24,897 nucleotides of DNA from a virus. Its lineage: Duplodnaviria > Caudoviricetes. Both the position numbers and the translations under genes were made by a program. Positions within the stretch are counted from its first letter, which is position 1. Each line of letters opens with the position of its first letter. The stretch lies in IMG/VR virus record IMGVR_UViG_3300035682_002155, positions 1-24,897 of that record, one strand, 5' to 3'. This document shows, in pieces, positions 18,036-24,549 of this stretch. The notes under the pieces were generated by a model. It ran no database searches. It saw nothing but the letters and a program-made list of their open reading frames with translations, and was not told the origin of the DNA.

Positions 18036-18623
18036 TTAGTTTATTATTTCAAAGTTATGTTTATAACAAGTTTTACGAATTGACCCATTATTACCATTAT
18101 TAACTTTTTTTCCTCTTAATGAATTTGAAAGTTTCATTCTAACATTTCTTGGGCTACCTTTAGTAAATCCATTCTGAATTAAATAATCAGCCCCATCAAC
18201 TAAAGAATCAAATATAAATTCTTGATTGGTTTCAATATTTGTTAATGAAAATGTTTTAATATTTCCATTTTTCTGTAAATTATATTTAGATAATTTAATT
18301 TTAACCTCATTATTAAAAGTATTTCGTCTAAATTCATTTACTGTTGCTAAATTATAACCAAATGATAAATTGTTTGAATTGTATTTGTTAATATAAAAAT
18401 TTTCTTTAACAATTAATTCTTCAAAAGAACAAATTTCTATTATATCAAATAAAAATGTGTCTTTACCATATTTGTTATAAGAATTTTGTAAATATTCATT
18501 ATCGTGAATATTTTTACGTAACATCCAAAAATGTTTTTTTTCTCTATTTTTTAAATTTACGGAACTACCAATATAAATTTTATTGTCTTTAACATTTAAT
18601 ATTTTATATATTCCACAATTCAT
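18036..18623 (-). CDS. GIY-YIG homing endonuclease (free-standing, Seg-like)
   Basis: CGIYKI.N....KIYIGSS, R...H, H.N..LQ.SYNKYG, E..YI, GYNL. Start placed at ATG 18623. Confidence 0.88.
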   Translation of the reverse strand: MNCGIYKILNVKDNKIYIGSSVNLKNREKKHFWMLRKNIHDNEYLQNSYNKYGKDTFLFDIIEICSFEELIVKENFYINKYNSNNLSFGYNLATVNEFRRNTFNNEVKIKLSKYNLQKNGNIKTFSLTNIETNQEFIFDSLVDGADYLIQNGFTKGSPRNVRMKLSNSLRGKKVNNGNNGSIRKTCYKHNFEIIN

Positions 18624-18630
18624 ACTACTA

Positions 18631-18689
18631 ATAAATATCAATAATAATGATAATAAGTAAATAAATTTTGTATCTTAGCTGATATTTAT
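18631..18689. promoter_or_regulatory. Divergent pair of TATTTAT motifs
   Basis: Minus-strand copy at 18631-18637 (7 nt before ATG 18623); plus-strand copy at 18683-18689 (4 nt before ATG 18694). Confidence 0.65.
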
Positions 18690-18693
18690 TGTT

Positions 18694-20061
18694 ATGAGAA
18701 GAAAATTGAGACTTACGGAATCCGAATTATATAAAGTTATTAAACGAATCGTTGAGCAAACTGAGGATGAATATTATAAAATATCTCCTGAGGAATACTT
18801 GAATATAATGAAATATGCTAGTAATAATGGTAATATATTCAGAAAAATGAAACAATATGGTGGAAAACCATTATATGTTACGGGAGATTTAAATTTAAGT
18901 GGTACGAATGTTAAAGATATTGGACCGATTGCTTATGTCGATGGTAAATTGGATATTAGTCAAACTAATGTGTCTAATATTGGTGATTTAAAGGCTAAAT
19001 CATATATTAGTGATTACGGTTCTCCTCGTGAAAGAATTAGAGATAGACAAGAACTTTTGGGTAAAAAGGCTGAGATGGATTCTAAAAGGGAAGATGATGA
19101 GTGGAACTTTCAAAATCAAGATGATGATGGGTTGAAAGCTATGGCTTTATTAGAATGGCTTGAGGGTAATGGTGATATTAAAGTATTGGATGATAGTCAA
19201 AAAGAAGAGTTAAGAATATTAACTCAACAATTAGATGAGCTTAATGCTCGCTATGATGATGAAGATAGAGATGGCGACCCAGATGAGAATGTTGAAATAT
19301 TAAATCAAATTGAGGAGGTTGAAGAAAAAGTTGGTGAATTAACCGAAGATGTTGCGGATATATATGATATATACCCAACAGGGTATGAACATTATGGTTT
19401 AACCACATTTGAAGTTTTAGTGGGTGGATTTAAAGATAGGTCATATAGTGTTGGTATTGAAGAAGAAATGGAAAAAGCGGCATTAGAATATGCGGAATCA
19501 ATAATAGATGAGAACGGAGTTCAAGGATTCAGACAAGAATTTCTTCAGAATTATTTAGATGAAAATGCGATTATTGAATTTGCTAGAGAAGATTATGAAT
19601 ACACAGTTAGGGATAGTCCTGATAGTTACTTTAATGATAATGATTTTGAATTGACTCCGGAGCAAGAAGAAAGAATATCTCAAATTGAATCACAAATTGA
19701 AGATTTAGAAGAACAACAAAAAGAATTAGATTCTGACGATGAGAATTATTATGATTATGAAGAAGATATACAAAATCAAATTGACGCTCTTCAAGAAGAA
19801 TTAGATAATATTGAGGTTGATACTGAACCAACAGAAGATATGATAGATAATAAGGTTGAGGAATTGGTTCGATACGTTAAAAGAGACCCATTAGATTATC
19901 TAATTGAATATGGAATGGAAATTAAAGAATTTGTTGATACTGATGCTTTGGCTCAAGGATTAGTTGATGCTGATGGTTGGGGTATGATAAGTAGTTACGA
20001 TGGTAATTATGATAGTGTTAATATCGCCGGTGAGACATATTACGTAATGAGAATTAGTTAA
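18694..20061 (+). CDS. Highly acidic protein with LTESE leader, short LRR-like repeats and duplicated coiled-coil hairpin
   Basis: MRRKLRLTESELYKVIKRIVEQ; GDLNLSGTNVKDIG / GKLDISQTNVSNIG; D/E-rich remainder. Confidence 0.7.
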   Translation: MRRKLRLTESELYKVIKRIVEQTEDEYYKISPEEYLNIMKYASNNGNIFRKMKQYGGKPLYVTGDLNLSGTNVKDIGPIAYVDGKLDISQTNVSNIGDLKAKSYISDYGSPRERIRDRQELLGKKAEMDSKREDDEWNFQNQDDDGLKAMALLEWLEGNGDIKVLDDSQKEELRILTQQLDELNARYDDEDRDGDPDENVEILNQIEEVEEKVGELTEDVADIYDIYPTGYEHYGLTTFEVLVGGFKDRSYSVGIEEEMEKAALEYAESIIDENGVQGFRQEFLQNYLDENAIIEFAREDYEYTVRDSPDSYFNDNDFELTPEQEERISQIESQIEDLEEQQKELDSDDENYYDYEEDIQNQIDALQEELDNIEVDTEPTEDMIDNKVEELVRYVKRDPLDYLIEYGMEIKEFVDTDALAQGLVDADGWGMISSYDGNYDSVNIAGETYYVMRIS

Positions 20062-20109
20062 AACTATTCCTTTTTCCAATTTTTTCCTGTATATTTTAAG
20101 TAATATAAT

Positions 20110-20871
20110 ATGGGAATGAAACAGAAAAATAAATTTATAATGGATACCGATTGGTTGTTTGACGGTATTCTCGATGCTGAACAAAAACAATATGTATTGT
20201 TAGATTACTTCCAAAAGATGAATAAACATCTTGAAAGAATGGAGGTTTACCCAATGTTTATTGAACTTTCATTACATTTAGGTAACATACAGACCTTACT
20301 TACACAAAATAAAATTTTATATGTTGATAAAAAATTAACCTCCAATGATGATGAACTAGTATTGTCTGATTTGAAGGTTAAAGATATTCCCGTTTTAGAT
20401 GATGAGGAAGTAATTGAGTATCACAAAATTTTAAAAAGTAGTCAGCCACAACTGCACGACTATTTCAATTTCGCAAAATCAATTTGGAGTATTGTATATG
20501 ATTCAATTGATGTTGTGGTAAAGAAAAATAAAAACAATTTACAGAGTAAATCGGGGTTTTTTTCTTATAAAACCTCGGATAATTTATATATTTGGCAATA
20601 TACGACAAGAAAAATATATAAAACCAAAGGACAAACAAAAACATCTTTAAAATTAATCTACAAAGGACAGAAAGATAATTTGACTATCCCGGAAATTATC
20701 TCTACTTTTTCAAAAACATATGAAAAAAACAACGAGTCAGATTACCCAATCTTTGAGGTGTTTTGTAATGATGTATTTCCGTTAGAACAAACATTAATAC
20801 CAATTTTTAAACGAAAAATATTATCATATGTTAATCAGAATATTAAAATAACTAGAAAACTATTATCATAA
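20110..20871 (+). CDS. Hypothetical protein
   Basis: 253-aa ORF at the head of an operon. Confidence 0.75.
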   Translation: MGMKQKNKFIMDTDWLFDGILDAEQKQYVLLDYFQKMNKHLERMEVYPMFIELSLHLGNIQTLLTQNKILYVDKKLTSNDDELVLSDLKVKDIPVLDDEEVIEYHKILKSSQPQLHDYFNFAKSIWSIVYDSIDVVVKKNKNNLQSKSGFFSYKTSDNLYIWQYTTRKIYKTKGQTKTSLKLIYKGQKDNLTIPEIISTFSKTYEKNNESDYPIFEVFCNDVFPLEQTLIPIFKRKILSYVNQNIKITRKLLS

Positions 20872-21053
20872 TGGACAAAAAACAGATTAAAATCTTAATG
20901 GATAAGTTACGACAACCAATCCACATCAGTTACATCTCTAAATATATTCTTAGAGAGAATATGGATAAAACCAAACAACAATTAGATACTTTAATATCTG
21001 AGGGTTATGTTAAGGAAAGTAAATTAAGTGAAGGGTTCTATGTGGCTATCTAA
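20871..21053 (+). CDS. Small protein, possible winged-helix fold
   Basis: 60 aa; helix-helix-LISEGYVKE..GFY pattern; TAATG overlap. Confidence 0.5.
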   Translation: MDKKQIKILMDKLRQPIHISYISKYILRENMDKTKQQLDTLISEGYVKESKLSEGFYVAI

Positions 21054-21261
21054 AAAAACATATCATATAGGTGATGGTTGTCGTCAAACTGTTATTAAAT
21101 TCTTTAATAACGATATTCTATTTAGTACATCACCATCTGGATGGTTTATTAAATTTAATAGTGGGGTTGGAATTAATGTCACAACAAAACCATTATTCTC
21201 TGTGAGAAATGGTTATAAAAAATCCCTTAAATTGGGTAAATATTATTTAGTAAAATTATGA
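21040..21261 (+). CDS. Hypothetical protein
   Basis: ORF; ATG 21040 preferred over the upstream GTG; ATGA overlap with the next gene. Confidence 0.55.
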   Translation: MWLSKKTYHIGDGCRQTVIKFFNNDILFSTSPSGWFIKFNSGVGINVTTKPLFSVRNGYKKSLKLGKYYLVKL

Positions 21262-21656
21262 GTGATATCACAAATGAAGTTTTTAAAACAATTGAACCGT
21301 TAAAAGAAAATAGGTTTCTTATTAATGTTAATGATGAAGTTAACATTCCGGAATATTTGTTCCGTAAATTCCATATTGAAAATATTGGAGAAGATTTTAT
21401 TTTCACAACAGAAATTTATCAAACCGTACAATATACATTTAATCCTGTGGATTTAACCAAGATTACGACTATTGTTCTTAAATTTTTAGGTCCGGTAGGT
21501 GATTTAGTTGGTGGGTTACATATGTTAGTTAAGGGTTCTAATATGGAAATGATTGGAGATTATGGTAGTGATGAATTATTAAATGTTAGATTTAGATTTG
21601 TTGTTAAACCGAACGATATTAACCTATTATGTCAAGATATTAAGAAAGATGAATAA
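21258..21656 (+). CDS. Tail tube (T4 gp19-like) related protein
   Basis: EPLKENRFLI, LKFLGPVGDLV and DYGSDELLNVRF resemble EP...NRF, L..LDP.G..V and LDY.S..L motifs of tube proteins. Confidence 0.45.
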   Translation: MSDITNEVFKTIEPLKENRFLINVNDEVNIPEYLFRKFHIENIGEDFIFTTEIYQTVQYTFNPVDLTKITTIVLKFLGPVGDLVGGLHMLVKGSNMEMIGDYGSDELLNVRFRFVVKPNDINLLCQDIKKDE

Positions 21657-21879
21657 AGAAATGGTAAACCACCCGGAACATTACGGTGGACAAGATAACC
21701 CATATGAGGTTGTAAAAGTGTGTGAGGCTTGGAATCTTGACGCGGATGCTTACATTTTCAACGTAGTTAAATATGTTGCGAGAGCGGGATTAAAAGATTC
21801 GGATAAAGAAATACAAGATTTAAAGAAAGCGTTGTGGTATTTGAATCGTAAAATTGAACGATTAGAAAATGGAAATTAA
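21649..21879 (+). CDS. DUF3310 (SaV / T7 gp1.7-like) protein
   Basis: VNHPEHYGG, NVVKYVARAG.K, DLKKALWYL; start at ATG 21649. Confidence 0.85.
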   Translation: MNKEMVNHPEHYGGQDNPYEVVKVCEAWNLDADAYIFNVVKYVARAGLKDSDKEIQDLKKALWYLNRKIERLENGN

Positions 21880-22045
21880 TAAAGAGTATTTAGAAATTTT
21901 ATTAGGAAAAGAAATTTTAGATTTCAAAGTGGGGATTACTAAAAATAAGATTACTGAGGTTAAAGTTATTCCTAAATCAAAGGTTCAAGAGATTGAAGTG
22001 ATGATTTATGTTAATAATGAAAGAATAGATGAGAATGTTGATTGA
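21869..22045 (+). CDS. 58-aa hypothetical protein missing from the ORF track
   Basis: MEINKEYLEILLGKEILDFKVGITKNKITEVKVIPKSKVQEIEVMIYVNNERIDENVD*; fills the gap between its neighbours. Confidence 0.6.
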   Translation: MEINKEYLEILLGKEILDFKVGITKNKITEVKVIPKSKVQEIEVMIYVNNERIDENVD

Positions 22046-22331
22046 TATTGATGAATACGCGGAAGGTGCGGTCCTATTGGATGGTTTAGAGGATGCTATC
22101 ATAGGTATTGTTGAGGACTTTGGTTCTCCGGGAAGGAAAATGTTATATTCCAAACCAAGAATATTAAAAATCCTACAAGAAAGAGACCTAATGACTTATG
22201 GTGAAGCGGAAGAGTTTTACGATTATAATATATTAGGGTTACACGCAGGTGAGCAGAACGCAGTATTTTTAGATTTAGAGATTACACCAATAAAAAAAGA
22301 AGATGGTTGGGAATATAAATTAACAGAGTAA
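22029..22331 (+). CDS. Conserved-looking phage hypothetical protein
   Basis: DGLEDAIIGI..YS..IL..L..MT..EAEEFYDYNI.G pattern. Confidence 0.7.
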   Translation: MRMLIDIDEYAEGAVLLDGLEDAIIGIVEDFGSPGRKMLYSKPRILKILQERDLMTYGEAEEFYDYNILGLHAGEQNAVFLDLEITPIKKEDGWEYKLTE

Positions 22332-22332
22332 T

Positions 22333-23190
22333 ATGATAGAGACAGGAAAGATAATTAATGGTGATTGTGTTGAGGTTATGAAAACATTTCCTGAAGGGTG
22401 TGTGGATTTAATTTGTACTAGTCCCCCATATTCAGTTAACATCAAATATGATGTTTATGACGATACTATTCCCATGGACGAGTATTGGGATTTTACGACT
22501 AAATGGCTAACGGAAGCTTACAGGGTATTAAAAGATGATGGTAGAGTTGCGATTAATGTTCCGATAGAGACTAATGTCCAAGAGAGGGGTGGTAGAATAT
22601 TATTCAATGCGGAATTTTGGATGAAGATGAAAGAAGTTGGGTTTAAGTTTTTTGGTATGATTGATTTAAATGAAGATAGTCCTCATAGAGTTAGACAAAC
22701 TGCGTGGGGTTCTTGGATGTCAGCATCCAGTCCCTACTTATACAATCCAAAAGAATGTGTTATATTGGCTTATAAGAAAACTAGTAAAAAACTAACTAAA
22801 GGTGAGTCACAATGGAAAGGTACCCCAACGGAAATAATTACAGAAGAGGGGAAAGTTAAAAACAAGATGGTTTATAAGGATGAGGATAAAAAAGAATTTA
22901 TGAATTTGGTTTTTGCTAGATGGGATTATTTTTCAGATACTAAATCATTAACTAAGGCTACATTTAGCTTAGATATCCCATCAAAGGCAATTAAGATATT
23001 ATCATATAAGAACGATATTGTTCTTGACCCCTTCATGGGTAGCGGGACTTCGGCGGTCGCGGCGGAAATGTTACAAAGACGATGGATTGGAATTGAGTTG
23101 TCTCCGGATTACACGGAGATTGCACGTAAAAGAGTTCAGTCGTTAATTGATGAGAGAAAACAATTAGAATTAGAATTAAAAGAGGTTTAA
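22333..23190 (+). CDS. Beta-class N4-cytosine/N6-adenine DNA methyltransferase
   Basis: Motif IV TSPPY precedes motif I VLDPFMGSGT; also IGIEL. SPPY suggests m4C. Confidence 0.9.
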   Translation: MIETGKIINGDCVEVMKTFPEGCVDLICTSPPYSVNIKYDVYDDTIPMDEYWDFTTKWLTEAYRVLKDDGRVAINVPIETNVQERGGRILFNAEFWMKMKEVGFKFFGMIDLNEDSPHRVRQTAWGSWMSASSPYLYNPKECVILAYKKTSKKLTKGESQWKGTPTEIITEEGKVKNKMVYKDEDKKEFMNLVFARWDYFSDTKSLTKATFSLDIPSKAIKILSYKNDIVLDPFMGSGTSAVAAEMLQRRWIGIELSPDYTEIARKRVQSLIDERKQLELELKEV

Positions 23191-23203
23191 CAACCTCTTT
23201 TTT
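23178..23203 (+). terminator. Intrinsic terminator
   Basis: AAAAGAGGTT / AACCTCTTTT stem plus Ts. Confidence 0.7.
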
Positions 23204-23213
23204 AATTTCAGTA

Positions 23214-23220
23214 TATTTAT
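23214..23220 (+). promoter_or_regulatory. TATTTAT motif, putative late promoter
   Basis: Directly after the terminator, 16 nt before ATG 23237. Confidence 0.6.
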
Positions 23221-23236
23221 AACTAAAACAAATACT

Positions 23237-23596
23237 ATGTCAAAAAGATTTATAATTTCAGAAGATGAAAAAAGAGATATCCGTTCAAGATACGGATTGG
23301 TTAATGAACAAAATGAAAGTCCTGAACTTAAAAAGGGGATTCAATGTTTTCTTAATAAAAAAGGGTTTAGAGACGATAAGAATCAACCATTAAAGATTGA
23401 TGGGTTATTAGCTGGTAAAACAGCAGCGGCTTTAAGTAAATATCAATCTAAGATTGGTGTGTCTCCGGCTGATGGTGTTTGGGGTCCAATGACTCAAAAT
23501 AAAATGCCGGATAGTGACGTTCAAATTTTTAAACAATGTGTTTCTGATGAAGGTAGTTTTATCGATAAAGGGTTACATATGTTTGGATTAGATTAA
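23237..23596 (+). CDS. Peptidoglycan-binding (PG_binding_1-like) protein with ISEDE leader
   Basis: IQCFLN..G, IDGLLAGKTAAALSKYQ, DGVWGPMT; no catalytic domain visible. Confidence 0.75.
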   Translation: MSKRFIISEDEKRDIRSRYGLVNEQNESPELKKGIQCFLNKKGFRDDKNQPLKIDGLLAGKTAAALSKYQSKIGVSPADGVWGPMTQNKMPDSDVQIFKQCVSDEGSFIDKGLHMFGLD

Positions 23597-23940
23597 TCTA
23601 AGTGATTAATATTGTCTCCGGACTTAATTCCTAATTTTTTACAGGTACCACCTTGAAGTTCAAGTATCATATCACCTTCACCACAATAGTTTCCACAATC
23701 TTTGGTTTTACAAGGGGGACAGTTGTGGTGAATTTTTGTTATAACATCATCTTCAATAAAGATTATATCGAGATTTGTTATACAATTCTTCATCCAAAAA
23801 CAATGTTGTCCTTCGGACATAATAAATAACATACCATTAAAGGTATCGTCAAATCGTTTGTTCATCATACCTTGACTTGTGTCTTTGGATGATATTACAG
23901 TTTTGACTTTGAATTTATTTTTGTTTATAGTTAATTCCAT
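23593..23940 (-). CDS. DUF192 family protein
   Basis: GMM.., GMLF, FWMKN..LDIIFI, ILELQGG. Start at ATG 23940; TATTTAT on the minus strand at 23947-23953. Confidence 0.85.
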   Translation of the reverse strand: MELTINKNKFKVKTVISSKDTSQGMMNKRFDDTFNGMLFIMSEGQHCFWMKNCITNLDIIFIEDDVITKIHHNCPPCKTKDCGNYCGEGDMILELQGGTCKKLGIKSGDNINHLD

Positions 23941-23969
23941 ATACATATAAATACACAAAAAAATATAAA

Positions 23970-24392
23970 ATGAAAGATATAAATACATTTGCTGGTGTAA
24001 TTGTTAAATCGGGTGATGAGGTTTTATTAGGTAAAAGGAATAAACATAAAACACTACCGGGAGAATGGTCTATTTTTGGGGGACATCTTCACGAGGGTGA
24101 GGCTCCGATTGATGCTAGTCGTAGAGAATTTTATGAGGAAACAAACATAAAACTTGATGGTAAGTTAAAACTTGCGGGGTTTATTAACAGACATAGGGAT
24201 GGGACAAAGACCAAAGGACTTATGTATGTATTCTTTTATGATAGTGATGAGAAGTTAATACCTGATTTAAATTCTGCGAAAGACGGGAATGAACATTCGG
24301 AATTTAAGTACTTTAACCTTAAAAACTTACCATTCAACAATAAAACGGACCAATTATATAAAATAATTACGAGAATCTTAGAAAAAGATTAA
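23970..24392 (+). CDS. Nudix hydrolase
   Basis: Nudix box GGHLHEGEAPIDASRREFYEETN. Confidence 0.9.
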   Translation: MKDINTFAGVIVKSGDEVLLGKRNKHKTLPGEWSIFGGHLHEGEAPIDASRREFYEETNIKLDGKLKLAGFINRHRDGTKTKGLMYVFFYDSDEKLIPDLNSAKDGNEHSEFKYFNLKNLPFNNKTDQLYKIITRILEKD

Positions 24393-24411
24393 CTTTTTTG
24401 ATTTTACTATA

Positions 24412-24497
24412 TATTTATATTCTCATAAGCCAACAGCCCCTTTCTTAGCTGGTATAGTAAAAACCTCAACAGAGTAAAATTTGTTGAGGTTTTTTTT
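24412..24497 (+). ncRNA. Candidate small non-coding RNA unit
   Basis: TATTTAT (24412-24418), then about 75 nt with no ATG, ending in a strong terminator. Confidence 0.35.
24459..24497 (+). terminator. Intrinsic terminator
   Basis: 13-bp stem AAAAACCTCAACA / TGTTGAGGTTTTT with T-run. Confidence 0.8.
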
Positions 24498-24525
24498 GTT
24501 TATATCAAAAATAGTTTTATCTTTG
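24495..24525 (+). promoter_or_regulatory. Bacteroidota housekeeping-type promoter
   Basis: TTTG-N19-TATCTTTG. Confidence 0.7.
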
Positions 24526-24549
24526 TCGGGAATTAAAAATTTAGATAAG

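Noticed and set aside
17877-18641. Group I intron around the GIY-YIG gene
   Set aside because: Flanks are only tens of nt, with no room for an intron core and no interrupted host gene.
510-20190. Short shadow ORFs in the track (510-746, 2846-3028, 4606-4794, 5460-5666, 6056-6271, 6453-6644, 6493-6753, 7495-7710, 9392-9574, 11703-11885, 12012-12293, 13121-13372, 13311-13631, 16630-16842, 16725-16964, 19631-19831, 19960-20190)
   Set aside because: They lie antisense to or out of frame within better-supported genes, with no motifs or expression signals.
11501-23190. Complete restriction-modification system
   Set aside because: No adjacent restriction endonuclease; the only intact nuclease is a GIY-YIG homing-type gene far from both MTases.
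23941-23988. Extended N-terminus of the DUF192 ORF
   Set aside because: It overlaps the Nudix start and reads through the TATTTAT motif; ATG 23940 fits better.
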